From: Promethearchaeota archaeon | GTDB lineage: Archaea > Asgardarchaeota > Lokiarchaeia > Sigyniarchaeales > SOKP01 | Length of the DNA: 59,860 nt | NCBI GenBank assembly: GCA_019894975.1 | Contig: JAGXNO010000021.1 | Span: 1-59,860, forward strand | Direction: 5' to 3' | Shown here: positions 10,202 through 20,186 of the stretch, piece by piece | Layout of the letters: every line of letters starts with the position of its first letter | Position numbering within the stretch: the first letter of the stretch is position 1 | Position numbers and translations under genes: made by a program | Notes under the pieces: generated by a model | What the model was told of the DNA's origin: nothing | The model's database searches: none | Seen by the model: the letters and a program-made list of their open reading frames with translations, nothing else

Positions 10202-11026
10202 ATGCCGGTTCCGAAGAAATTAATAATCGTTTTTACCAGTTTTTATATAGTTATAATTATTTATATCCTGTTATTTCTTCTTATCCCAGATTTTCAAGAC
10301 ATAGTTATCAAGCTAAGAGAAAATCTTACAAATATAACTGAGGGATCTAATTATCTTTGGGCATTATTAATTTCTTTAGTAATATGCTTTTTAGGTTCAG
10401 CATCAATAGGTTTTCCCATTCCCTTTCCCTTTGTACTATTTTCGCTCTCTAATTCAATTCTCTTTAGATATCTTGATGCCGGATTTTCACTTAATGAAAT
10501 TTTGCTTTTTGGAGGATTTTGGCTTGAAATTATGGGTATTACTCTTGTTGGCGGTATAGGGAGTGTACTGGGGGAATTTACGGGATATGCGGTTGGATAT
10601 GGTGCAAAGAAAATTGCTGAAGAAAGGAATTCTGATTTATTTAATAATGTCGACGGATTTGGAAAGTTAATTTTGGAAAATCAGAAACGAACTCCATTAT
10701 ATATTTTTTTATTTGCGCTGACTCCACTTCCAGATGATATTTTATTTCTACCCTTAGGTATGATTAAATACCCATTTTGGAAATGTATTATTCCTGGGTG
10801 GTTAGGTAAAAATTTTACTATCCTTTTTTATTGTTGTTGGCCAATATTTATAGCCTTAGGATTTTCAAGCCAGGGAATTCAATCTAATAATATATCTACG
10901 GTTATTATAGAAGCAATTCTTCTTCTAGTGACTTTAGTAATTATGTTTTTTATCATGACATTTAATTGGACAAAGTTACTTGAGAAAAGAACTAAGAGAA
11001 GGGAATCACGTACCAGAAATCACTAG
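10202..11026 (+). CDS. VTT/DedA (SNARE-associated) membrane protein
   Basis: GSVLGEFTGYAVGYG, FALTPLPDD and PLGMIKYPFWK motifs; several TM helices. Confidence 0.8.
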   Translation: MPVPKKLIIVFTSFYIVIIIYILLFLLIPDFQDIVIKLRENLTNITEGSNYLWALLISLVICFLGSASIGFPIPFPFVLFSLSNSILFRYLDAGFSLNEILLFGGFWLEIMGITLVGGIGSVLGEFTGYAVGYGAKKIAEERNSDLFNNVDGFGKLILENQKRTPLYIFLFALTPLPDDILFLPLGMIKYPFWKCIIPGWLGKNFTILFYCCWPIFIALGFSSQGIQSNNISTVIIEAILLLVTLVIMFFIMTFNWTKLLEKRTKRRESRTRNH

Positions 11027-11044
11027 AATATCTAAAGCCCGTTT

Positions 11045-11215
11045 CTAATCTTCATTATTTAAACAATTTTTACACACGAATATGGTTTTTTGCTTGCTCT
11101 TTGAATTTTCATCAAAATAAATACGTTTATAAATGAAATTGTTACAAAGATTACAGACTTCCGCTGTTCGATCTTCACTTAATAACGGACCCAAGTCCTT
11201 GAAATTAGATTTCAT
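11045..11215 (-). CDS. Small zinc-finger protein, 56 aa; not in the ORF track
   Basis: MKSNFKDLGPLLSEDRTAEVCNLCNNFIYKRIYFDENSKSKQKTIFVCKNCLNNED has two CxxC and starts 3 nt after the Alba stop. Confidence 0.7.
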   Translation of the reverse strand: MKSNFKDLGPLLSEDRTAEVCNLCNNFIYKRIYFDENSKSKQKTIFVCKNCLNNED

Positions 11216-11218
11216 TTA

Positions 11219-11545
11219 TTATGCAGTAGATTTGGTTTGTAGCGTAATTTCAATTTGGGAAATAATATCTTTTTTATTTGCATTATACTTAGGATTTCTA
11301 TTGGGATATCGACGATTTCTGTTGTCATAAAAGGGACGACTTCCTAGAGAAACATTTCCGATTTCTAATCGGGGATACATACGGTTTTTCAATATTTCGG
11401 CAACTTCTACCGCTGTACTTATTTCTTCTCCCTCCCCCTTAATCAATAAAGATTTTTTGCCACCAGAAAATGCAAAAATTGCATCTTTAATCGATTTTTC
11501 TTTATCACTTCTGTTTCTGATAATAATAGTGGTGTTGTTAACCAT
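11219..11545 (-). CDS. Alba family DNA/RNA-binding protein
   Basis: IKGEGEEISTAVEVAE and ISQIEITL Alba motifs. Confidence 0.8.
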   Translation of the reverse strand: MVNNTTIIIRNRSDKEKSIKDAIFAFSGGKKSLLIKGEGEEISTAVEVAEILKNRMYPRLEIGNVSLGSRPFYDNRNRRYPNRNPKYNANKKDIISQIEITLQTKSTA

Positions 11546-11706
11546 GAAAGAACCTCTTTCGGGAAAAAAATATAAATTTCAATAAAAAGAAGCTTTGTAT
11601 AATCTTATTAATATCTTATTTGTATTAAATTTATCTTAAAAATCTTAATTTGATAATATTAACACCTATTTTTAAAGTTTAACAAAAAGAAATTCAAATT
11701 TTGGTG

Positions 11707-12834
11707 TTAAAATTTCTCTAAGTTTAATTCTGCTCTACTATTCAAATCATCTAAGATTCTGTAATATTCAGAACTTCTTTCTTCAAAATGTTCTATAACT
11801 TTTCTCTCATAAGTATCTAAATAGTCAAATAAATGACTAATGTTTTCTATTCTTTTAGCAAAATCGTCCATTAACTTATCATACCATTCATTTGGTTTTA
11901 CTACCATATTTTGAATTTTATTAGTTAATTTCTGTTTTCTGTGTTTTAATTTCTCAATATCTTTTGATCCCATTAATTTATCTAATTCATCATAAGCATC
12001 AGATATCGCATTCTCAATTTTTTCCCTAAATTTAGGAATTCTATAAGATTTTTTATAGAAATCAGGATCCCACTCATACAGAAACCGTTCATCTTCTTCA
12101 GCTTCTTCTTCATTTTCTGTTACTTTAATATCCTCTTTTGGAACAAGGATCAGTCCATAATTTCTCTGTAACTGAGCAAGTGCTTTTTTTCTGAGAACTT
12201 CGTCAATATATTTAATTTCATTTAAAATATCTTTCATTTCTTTGTTTATTCTGATAATATCTTTATCCACTTTTTGAGCCATTGTTTTTTGATCTGTTTC
12301 ATAACTCAACTCTATTAAATCATAAGTAGATGACATTCCCAAATCGGGATCTTTTAATCTTAAACCTGCTATTCCAAGTAAATTTTCACTCGTGCCTTTT
12401 TTACAATGATCAAAAATTAATCCAACAGCATAAGGATTTGGAATTTGATAACCTAATTGAGTCATACAATCTATTGGAGAATAAAAAAAACCGAATCCTG
12501 GATGAGTATGCCACCAACCAATGATGAAATCTTCCCTATTATCTTGAACAGATCTTTCAAATACAGAAGCATCTATCTGAGCCATGTCAACATACTGTTT
12601 ACTTTCATACTTCACCCCCGCTCGGTCACCAACAATCATAGGGATGGCGTCTTTTACAATTAATTTAGAATTTTTTTCTATTGATCCTACTAAAATCCCA
12701 TAAACTTCTCGCCATTTGTCTGGTTTTAGATTTTGGTTAGCGTACCTTATCGCATAACCAACAATCCTTCTATAAGCCTTTAATGTTAGTACTACTGTTG
12801 AAGAGAAGGGGGTAATCTTTTTTTTCTCCTTCAT
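11707..12834 (-). CDS. JAMM/MPN+ metalloprotease (Rpn11/CSN5-like) with helical C-terminus
   Basis: EVYGILVG plus GWWHTHPGFGFFYSPID (E...HxH-x7-S-x2-D). Confidence 0.85.
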   Translation of the reverse strand: MKEKKKITPFSSTVVLTLKAYRRIVGYAIRYANQNLKPDKWREVYGILVGSIEKNSKLIVKDAIPMIVGDRAGVKYESKQYVDMAQIDASVFERSVQDNREDFIIGWWHTHPGFGFFYSPIDCMTQLGYQIPNPYAVGLIFDHCKKGTSENLLGIAGLRLKDPDLGMSSTYDLIELSYETDQKTMAQKVDKDIIRINKEMKDILNEIKYIDEVLRKKALAQLQRNYGLILVPKEDIKVTENEEEAEEDERFLYEWDPDFYKKSYRIPKFREKIENAISDAYDELDKLMGSKDIEKLKHRKQKLTNKIQNMVVKPNEWYDKLMDDFAKRIENISHLFDYLDTYERKVIEHFEERSSEYYRILDDLNSRAELNLEKF

Positions 12835-12939
12835 TATTCTATACTTGATGCTTATTAAAACTATATTTTTAAAAACTTAATTTCTTATTCTATATAGAAT
12901 CTAAACAAATTCTAGATATATAAATTATATTAGTAAGAT

Positions 12940-13488
12940 TTGCTTCAAATGAAAATTTGTGCTATAGTTGGTAAACCCGGTTCTGGTAAAACAACCGCCA
13001 TAGATTCAATAAGAGATTTAGGACTTGTTGTAACTATGGGTGATATTATTCGGAATGAAGTTAAAAAGAGGAATTTAGAACCTTCTAGAAACAATGTAGG
13101 TAAAATGGCAAAAGAGTTGCGTGAAAACGAGGGTCCCGCAATTGTTGCAGAAAAGTGTGTTGAATTAATTAAGTTAAAAAAAGAAGAGATAATTTTTGTG
13201 GATGGGGTTAGATCTCTTTTCGAAGTTAATGTATTTAGGAAGTACTGGAAATTCCCAATAATCGCTATTGTGGTGAATGAAAAAAAGAGATTCAAATGGC
13301 TTTTTGAGAGAGGTCGGAGTGATGACCCCAGGAACATTGATGATTTAAAGGAGAGAGATCAAAGGGAAACTCAATTCGGACTTGAAGAGGTAATAAACAA
13401 GGCTGATTTTTTTATTGAAAATAACTCTTCAGTTGAGGAATTAAAAAAAAAAACTAGAAAAATTATACTTGAAATAATTAATTCTTAG
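12940..13488 (+). CDS. P-loop kinase (UPF0200 / dephospho-CoA kinase-like)
   Basis: GKPGSGKT, MGDIIR, DGVRS and RGRSDD motifs. Confidence 0.8.
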   Translation: MLQMKICAIVGKPGSGKTTAIDSIRDLGLVVTMGDIIRNEVKKRNLEPSRNNVGKMAKELRENEGPAIVAEKCVELIKLKKEEIIFVDGVRSLFEVNVFRKYWKFPIIAIVVNEKKRFKWLFERGRSDDPRNIDDLKERDQRETQFGLEEVINKADFFIENNSSVEELKKKTRKIILEIINS

Positions 13489-13505
13489 GAGTCCGAGAAG
13501 TATTA

Positions 13506-14450
13506 CTATTTTAAATAATCAGCAACAATTTTTGCTAATGAAACTTTACTTACTTCATTGTCAATGGCGTCTGTACCAATTATCTCATCTGCACCTGCTT
13601 TTAAAATCTTAAATTTAGCCTGTCCCAATAATAAAGCATGAGTTGCTACAGCATAAATCTTATTGGCTCCACTTTTTCTTGCTAATTTTATTGCTGTAGC
13701 CATTGTACCTCCTGTGGCAATAATATCGTCCGCAATTACAACATCTTTATTTTTCAAATTCAGGTTTCCTTCCATGGTAATTTCACCTGTTTCTACATCT
13801 CGTTCTTTTTTAAAGAAATCTACAGGAATATTTTCACCAAAATGACTGGCAAAAACTTTTGATCTTTCTACAGCTCCTTTATCTGGTGCTACAACAACAA
13901 TATCCTTTGCTCCTTTAGCTGTGATATAGTCTGCTAAAATTTTCATAGAATCGATATTAACTGCTTTACATGAGCATTCTTCCATTACTTTAGGAGCATG
14001 GATATCAACTGTATAAAATTCATCTATTCCCATTGAATTAATCATACGAAAAATTACATTAGCAAATTGACTTTCCCCAGGTCTAAAGATCTTATCTTGA
14101 CGGGCATACGCAAGATACGGCGCAACAACAATAATTTTGGTTGCTCCCATGCGTTTTACAGAATCTATCATCATGAAAAGTTCCATCAGGCGACTATTTT
14201 GATTACCATTAGAACTGAGGGCGGTAGATTGAACTATAATAACTTCTTTACCCGCAATTAAGGTTTCATCTTCAATATTTATTCTTAAGTAATTCTCGCC
14301 ATCGGGGAATAGTTTCACTTCGGTACTTATTGCTTCAATTTCTAATTCTTGAGCAATCTTTACCCCAAGTATTTGGGAAGCAGGTCCTGCTATCAATATT
14401 TTTTTTTCTTTCATAATGAACTCCACCATTATATATAGGCAAATAGTCAT
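13506..14450 (-). CDS. prs: Ribose-phosphate pyrophosphokinase; true start probably at a downstream Met
   Basis: FPDGE, PYLAYARQDK, VVAPDKGA and DDIIATGGT motifs. Confidence 0.95.
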   Translation of the reverse strand: MTICLYIMVEFIMKEKKILIAGPASQILGVKIAQELEIEAISTEVKLFPDGENYLRINIEDETLIAGKEVIIVQSTALSSNGNQNSRLMELFMMIDSVKRMGATKIIVVAPYLAYARQDKIFRPGESQFANVIFRMINSMGIDEFYTVDIHAPKVMEECSCKAVNIDSMKILADYITAKGAKDIVVVAPDKGAVERSKVFASHFGENIPVDFFKKERDVETGEITMEGNLNLKNKDVVIADDIIATGGTMATAIKLARKSGANKIYAVATHALLLGQAKFKILKAGADEIIGTDAIDNEVSKVSLAKIVADYLK

Positions 14451-14467
14451 ATATTTTTTTTTCTTTT

Positions 14468-15205
14468 TTATAATCTCTTTAAAAATTCAATTGAATAATT
14501 AAAAATTTCTTCTCTATGACCCGAAAATGTGTGTCCTCCTGACGCAAACTTAACAACATTTTCATCGTTTAATCCAAGATGTTCTTTTATATGATTAAGG
14601 TTATCAAAAGGAACTGTGTCATCATCTTGACAATGTGCAATCATAATCCTTTGGTTATTTCGAGGATTTTTCTTTAAGAATGATTTGGGGCTGATTTTAT
14701 TAATGATTTCCTCTCCTTCTTTCTCTTCAACAGATTGATATCTCCCACGAATCGTTTGGTAATCATATCGAGCACTAAGAGCAATTAAAATTTTTGCTCT
14801 CTCATCTATAAATCCATGAGATAAAATAATGGCACCACCTAAACTTCTACCAAAGAGAGCAATTTTTTTTTCTAAAAGTCTTTTAGATTGAACTTTTACA
14901 ATCCACTCTATCACGGAGTGTATATCCGAAAATATTTGAGGAACCATCTCAAACCAATTTCCTCCAGTCTCCTTTTTTGTTTCTCCATGACCACGATAAT
15001 CATAAGACAGCACATAAAATCCTGCATTAGTAAATCTTTCAGTAAAATATTTTACAAGATAGCTTTCTCTGTGATTCATGAATCCCGCGAGGTTGACAAT
15101 CCAAGGGGCTTTAGAAGGGGTTCCTGAAGTGGAATAAATAGATCCTTTAAGGTTTATATTATCCACCGGAATATCTACATTTTCAATTATTATGCGTGAC
15201 ATCAT
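14468..15205 (-). CDS. Alpha/beta hydrolase
   Basis: DYRGHG, GRSLGG nucleophile elbow, DDTVP and GGH. Confidence 0.85.
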   Translation of the reverse strand: MMSRIIIENVDIPVDNINLKGSIYSTSGTPSKAPWIVNLAGFMNHRESYLVKYFTERFTNAGFYVLSYDYRGHGETKKETGGNWFEMVPQIFSDIHSVIEWIVKVQSKRLLEKKIALFGRSLGGAIILSHGFIDERAKILIALSARYDYQTIRGRYQSVEEKEGEEIINKISPKSFLKKNPRNNQRIMIAHCQDDDTVPFDNLNHIKEHLGLNDENVVKFASGGHTFSGHREEIFNYSIEFLKRL

Positions 15206-15217
15206 AGATTAAAATTT

Positions 15218-15652
15218 TTAATCTTGTTTATACTTTTCAATTGTACTTTTGAGCGTTTTAATAGCTAAATCCAAACAATGGTACTCACCCTTAGGTAATT
15301 TCATTAGTGCTTTATCTATATCGATTGCAGTCAACTTCTTCGCGAATTCAATAGATTGACCTTCGATTAAAATCGTTGTTTGACTTCCAGTAGCAATCAT
15401 TACACCACAACCATCTGTAACAAAATTTGCTTTGATAATGATCCCATTCTTTATCTTTAGATATAGACCCAAAAAGTAATTTTTTGGTTCACCCCTCAGT
15501 TCTTCATAAACGGTAATTTCTTCCTTAAGAGGTTTTCCCCAATTCTGTGGATTGTAACATAAATCCACTATTCTTTCATTATGGTCTTGAATTTCCTTTC
15601 TAATTATTTTCTTTTGAAGTTTTTCTATAAATTTCTCAAATTTCTCAGACAT
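15218..15652 (-). CDS. IscU/NifU-N-like Fe-S scaffold protein
   Basis: NPQNWG, FVTDGCG and LPKGEYHC motifs. Confidence 0.8.
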   Translation of the reverse strand: MSEKFEKFIEKLQKKIIRKEIQDHNERIVDLCYNPQNWGKPLKEEITVYEELRGEPKNYFLGLYLKIKNGIIIKANFVTDGCGVMIATGSQTTILIEGQSIEFAKKLTAIDIDKALMKLPKGEYHCLDLAIKTLKSTIEKYKQD

Positions 15653-15672
15653 AAGAAAATCAATATATATAA

Positions 15673-15942
15673 TTAATCTTTTTTATGTTTTAGTACGTGG
15701 GATTCTAAGCCTGCTAAATCTTCCGTTGTTCTTTGATATTTTTTTACAATTTCAATTATTTTTAGGTTTAATTGATTATGTTCAGCAAGACAAGAAGTCT
15801 TATTAAGAAATTCTTCACCATGACGCAAGGTTGCAGTGTTTTCTGTGACTTTAATCAACTCGGTTGCTATAACTCCGTTGAGATAAATTAAATCTGCGAG
15901 CATATTTTTAATATATAATAAAATTGCAATTTGTTCAGACAT
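15673..15942 (-). CDS. Hypothetical protein
   Basis: 89-aa ORF in a co-directional gene run. Confidence 0.6.
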   Translation of the reverse strand: MSEQIAILLYIKNMLADLIYLNGVIATELIKVTENTATLRHGEEFLNKTSCLAEHNQLNLKIIEIVKKYQRTTEDLAGLESHVLKHKKD

Positions 15943-16051
15943 AAGTTAGAAAAAGGTGCTTAAAATAAAAAATTAAATCATATTTTATATTATATTTTTA
16001 TCAAATCTACTAAAATTAGGTTATAAATAATTATAGTGTGGTGTCACCCTC

Positions 16052-16528
16052 TTGGATTTTAAAGAATTTCATAATGGGCTCTTATCTTTAGCATTGACAT
16101 TACTCATTTTCTCTGCGACATTAATATTCGGTTCAATTATTTTGAAACCTTATATTAATATTAGTATCCAAGAGAGAAATTTTATTATTATCCTATGTTC
16201 CGGTAATTTTATTTTTGGTTTATACTATTTATGGGAAGTTTCAATTTTAGAAAAAATATTCAAGTTAGAAAGCAAGCATATTATCAAATTTGGTAAAAGA
16301 ATTGGATTAATTACATTAATCTATCTCCCACATGCGGTCTTAATGATTTCACTTTTTTTTAGAGAACTCCATAATTTAGAAGTTTTATTAATTCTGTTAA
16401 TATTAATTATAGAAGTGTTGATTATTGGACTAGTGTTTAAAGAATCTTATGATTTAGTTTTTTTGAAAGAAACTCGTAGAGAATTTGAAATAGAAGAAAA
16501 TCGTAAAAAATATTTTGAAAAGGTATAA
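16052..16528 (+). CDS. Hypothetical membrane protein (4 TM)
   Basis: Hydrophobic segments; TTG start after GGTG. Confidence 0.65.
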   Translation: MDFKEFHNGLLSLALTLLIFSATLIFGSIILKPYINISIQERNFIIILCSGNFIFGLYYLWEVSILEKIFKLESKHIIKFGKRIGLITLIYLPHAVLMISLFFRELHNLEVLLILLILIIEVLIIGLVFKESYDLVFLKETRREFEIEENRKKYFEKV

Positions 16529-16550
16529 TATTTTTACTGGGAAATTAAAT

Positions 16551-17780
16551 TTATTTCTTTGTTAATTTCTCAATGGCAGAATCAATCATCTTCAATTTAG
16601 TTGAGAATTTTTCCATGAGTTCAACGAACTTATCGATATCAACTTCGTTATTTTCTTTCAGCAGCTTTAATTCATTTATTGTTCGAACGACCCCCGCTTT
16701 CTGATCGATTAATTTTTCTTTCTTGCTATAGGGAATTTTTTCTTCTAACTTCTTCCTCTGATATGTCTTAAATCTCTTTATATTTAAATCTTTAGGCACG
16801 AATTTAGTCAAATAGATTATATTCTTGGGAACAAAGGGAGCTAAGTTTTCAGGAATAATGATTATAGGTTCTGGGTCTTGTATCTTTTTGATGTCTTCAT
16901 AATCTAATGGTTCGACATCGCTTTGTTTAAGATTCTCATCTACAATGGATAAGTTTAGTTCAATACTTTCTTTTTCTTCAGTGGAAAGAGAAAGAGTTTT
17001 TAACATATCATCCCAAATATCTTTAGCTTTTACATAATACCATAAAGCTTTTTGGGTTAATTTTATAACTTTTTCTTTGTTGATGTTTGTTATTGATGAT
17101 TCAAAAGAGGCTTTGGCTTTTAGGTTGCAAGATTTTCCCATATCATAATGAAATTGAGCTCGTATTTGTTGTTTCTTTTTTTCATCATGTTGTTTCAAAT
17201 AAAACAATCTTTTTGATAACAAACTAAGTCCGGCATATAATTTCGAGGCAAAGTATATGTTATTATTCGTTTCTTCACGTAACGCGGCAATACTTTGGGC
17301 GAGAATCCTTGATTCTTCGGAATTTAATTCTAAATTTTCCGAATAAAGGGTAGTCCCTAAATCTCGTTGATCAACAACAGCAACACTGAAATATGCAGCA
17401 GTTTTGTACATTTTGCTACACTCTGTCATTGCAATTATTGCGTTTTCCCATGCTCCATCTTCTTCATATTTCTCAGAAAGTTGAGAATATGCTCTTGCCA
17501 TAACCCAAAGAACACGAGCGCATTCAAACATTAAATCTTGAATTTCAATTTCTTTGTTTGTTACCGGATCTTGGAAGACACTGGTAATGTCTAATTCCTT
17601 TAGGATTTCTTTATGGTTTTTTGTTTGATAATTATTATTAAGGGCTTTTGTATATTCTAAAACTAAATTTAAATCATCAAGATTAAAATGTTCCTCATCT
17701 TTTTCTATGGCTTCTTCAATTTTTTTAATTTTGAAATGAAGATACCTAATTCTTTGCATTACTTCTTCATTAAAGTACAT
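16551..17780 (-). CDS. Hypothetical alpha-helical (TPR-like) protein
   Basis: 409-aa ORF with helical A/Y-rich repeats. Confidence 0.6.
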   Translation of the reverse strand: MYFNEEVMQRIRYLHFKIKKIEEAIEKDEEHFNLDDLNLVLEYTKALNNNYQTKNHKEILKELDITSVFQDPVTNKEIEIQDLMFECARVLWVMARAYSQLSEKYEEDGAWENAIIAMTECSKMYKTAAYFSVAVVDQRDLGTTLYSENLELNSEESRILAQSIAALREETNNNIYFASKLYAGLSLLSKRLFYLKQHDEKKKQQIRAQFHYDMGKSCNLKAKASFESSITNINKEKVIKLTQKALWYYVKAKDIWDDMLKTLSLSTEEKESIELNLSIVDENLKQSDVEPLDYEDIKKIQDPEPIIIIPENLAPFVPKNIIYLTKFVPKDLNIKRFKTYQRKKLEEKIPYSKKEKLIDQKAGVVRTINELKLLKENNEVDIDKFVELMEKFSTKLKMIDSAIEKLTKK

Positions 17781-18004
17781 CAGAACCAGTATTTTTTATT
17801 AGAGTTAAGTTAAATAACTATATTCAAAGTTTACTTTAAAACCTTTTGAATAGCACAGACCATCAATTTAAGTTCTGAAAAACTTCTATTCATGTAAATG
17901 TAAAATGAATTATTTTTGATAGAAAATATTTATAGTCCTCATTACTAATGGGATTTAGAAAGAAGTTAGAAAAAAGAAGAAAGTTTGAATTTTTGCCATT
18001 TATT

Positions 18005-19306
18005 ATGGGTAAGAGAATTTTTATTTTTGAATATGTTTCTGGCGGAGGGTTTAATAAAGATGAAATTCCAATTTCACTTTTTTGCGAAGGTTTTGGGATG
18101 TTAGTGGCTCTTATTAAAGATTTTAAATCGTTAGGATATGAAGTCTGCACCCTTATAGATTATAGAATTTACCATCTATCTACAATATTACCCAATGATA
18201 ATAGAATTATCGTTAAAAAAGATGATAATTTTCTGAATCATTTTAAAATCCTTGTTAAAGATTCGGATTATAGTTTTATTATCGCTCCAGATTCTAGAAA
18301 TGTCCTTTATAATTTAACTAGAATTGTAAAGAAATACAATAAAATTCTGCTAAGTATTGATTTAGAAGGAATTGTTATAGGTTCATCTAAGATGAATACT
18401 TACGATTTTTTTAAAAAAAATAAATTATTAACACCTAAAACCTATTTAATACCTTTTAAGAAAAACAAATTGGATAGTAATTTTATAATTCAGAAATTTG
18501 GTGATTTAAAAAAAACGATAATAATTAAGCCTGAAGATGGAGTTGGGGCAGAATCAATTTTTCTTTTTGAAACAAAAGAACAAATTGAGAATTTTTTTCA
18601 AGATTATTATTCTAAGATTGATACAAAAAGAAGTTATATTCTTCAAGAGTATATTGAGGGTAAGGATCTAAGCATCTCATTGATAGGCCTGCAAGAATCT
18701 TTAAATAATGAATTTAAAAATCCCTTTATATTAACAACTAACTCACAAAACGTTAACATTAAGAATCCAAAGTATGAATCTGAATATTTAGGGGGATACA
18801 CCCCTATAAACAATTATCAACAAATTACACGTGAATTAACTGAAATTTTAGAAAAAGTTGATTTGTCATCGTTTTCAGGTTATTTTGGGATTGATTTAAT
18901 TAGAAGTGAGGATTCCAAATATTATTTTATTGAAATTAATCCTAGGCTAACGACCTCGTATATAGGAATAAGAAATGTATTGAATCAAAATCCTTCAAAA
19001 TTAATTTTAGAATCAAATTTAGGTCACTCAATGCCTAGGGATCTTAAAGTACAGTTTACTTCAATTTTTAGGAGATTGGATTTGGAGTATATGAAGTCTA
19101 ATCTTGGTAAGGAATTGAAAGTGGATTTGATCAATCATTTAATGAGATTAATACCTGAATTAGTTACACCACCTATTTCATTGAATGAATCAAACCAATT
19201 CACCTGTTTCATTGCAACCAAAACAAAAGATTTAACTTCTTCTAACAGAAGAATGCAAAAAATACATCAAATATTACGGACTCTAAGTTTTGAGATTGTT
19301 AAATAA
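18005..19306 (+). CDS. ATP-grasp ligase, MfnD-like (tyramine-glutamate ligase family)
   Basis: IFEYVSGGG..EGFGML, IIKPEDGVGA, QEYIEG and IEINPRLTTSY; start placed at MGKRIFIFE. Confidence 0.75.
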   Translation: MGKRIFIFEYVSGGGFNKDEIPISLFCEGFGMLVALIKDFKSLGYEVCTLIDYRIYHLSTILPNDNRIIVKKDDNFLNHFKILVKDSDYSFIIAPDSRNVLYNLTRIVKKYNKILLSIDLEGIVIGSSKMNTYDFFKKNKLLTPKTYLIPFKKNKLDSNFIIQKFGDLKKTIIIKPEDGVGAESIFLFETKEQIENFFQDYYSKIDTKRSYILQEYIEGKDLSISLIGLQESLNNEFKNPFILTTNSQNVNIKNPKYESEYLGGYTPINNYQQITRELTEILEKVDLSSFSGYFGIDLIRSEDSKYYFIEINPRLTTSYIGIRNVLNQNPSKLILESNLGHSMPRDLKVQFTSIFRRLDLEYMKSNLGKELKVDLINHLMRLIPELVTPPISLNESNQFTCFIATKTKDLTSSNRRMQKIHQILRTLSFEIVK

Positions 19307-20180
19307 AGGTTAACATTATTAAGGTGAAGGGAAGCATATGTAACAATAGAGCTATTATAAATCCATTCTCAATTTTTAATCCTTTCTTTACATATAGACT
19401 ATAAGAAAGTAGCCATAATGACCATACTTGAAAGATAATCATCAAGATATTATCTGTAAAATTAAACACATTTATGGAAATAAGCTCTGTAAATTCAAAA
19501 ATAGTGTGAATTATGAGATAAAAAATCATTGGAAATTGAATTAACGCGAAAGAAATTAAAAACCTAAGTGTATTCTCGTTTTTCTTATATAATATGCGCA
19601 CAATAGTTTCCACTATTATAAAGAAAGTAAAGAAATTTAAAATAAAGCTTATTTTACTTAATAATCGAAAGAATAATGGCAGAGTGTTTTGATTAGTCTC
19701 AAGGAAAATTAATAAAAAGGAGCTAAGTCCATTTAAATTGCAGAAAATGGCGCCTAGTATAATTATCGAAAGAGATATTAATATCGTATAGATTCTATCT
19801 TCTTCTTTAAATAGAATAAATCGTTTTAAGGTTAAAACCATTGACTTCTTTAGAAATGAAGCTCTAAGATCTTTTTGTGGAGTTTTGATTGAATCAATAT
19901 TATCTTTCAAGGAATTGTAGGCATAAACACCCAATTCTTTTAAATAATATTTTTTATCTTCCTTTTGTTCAATTAGTTCTGATAATGTTTCTAGATGGTG
20001 ATATATCGTACCTGTGCTTACTTCTAACTCTTTTTTTAGATAAGTAAAGGAGGTAAATTTGTTATCCCCAATGATTTTAATGATATTTCTTCGAATTTCA
20101 TGACCGAGAGCATAATAAAAACTTGATTCTAAGTCTAAGTCTTTACGATCTTTTGAATTTTCCTTGTTTTCTTTGCTGAT
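19299..20180 (-). CDS. ArsR-like winged-helix domain fused to a multi-TM domain; probable ATC start
   Basis: Frame is open 82 codons upstream of the track ORF (FYYALGHEIRRNIIKIIG..FTYLKKELEVSTGTIYHHLETL); GGAGGT lies 9 nt before ATC. Confidence 0.75.
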   Translation of the reverse strand: MSKENKENSKDRKDLDLESSFYYALGHEIRRNIIKIIGDNKFTSFTYLKKELEVSTGTIYHHLETLSELIEQKEDKKYYLKELGVYAYNSLKDNIDSIKTPQKDLRASFLKKSMVLTLKRFILFKEEDRIYTILISLSIIILGAIFCNLNGLSSFLLIFLETNQNTLPLFFRLLSKISFILNFFTFFIIVETIVRILYKKNENTLRFLISFALIQFPMIFYLIIHTIFEFTELISINVFNFTDNILMIIFQVWSLWLLSYSLYVKKGLKIENGFIIALLLHMLPFTLIMLTFI

Positions 20181-20186
20181 AGCTAA

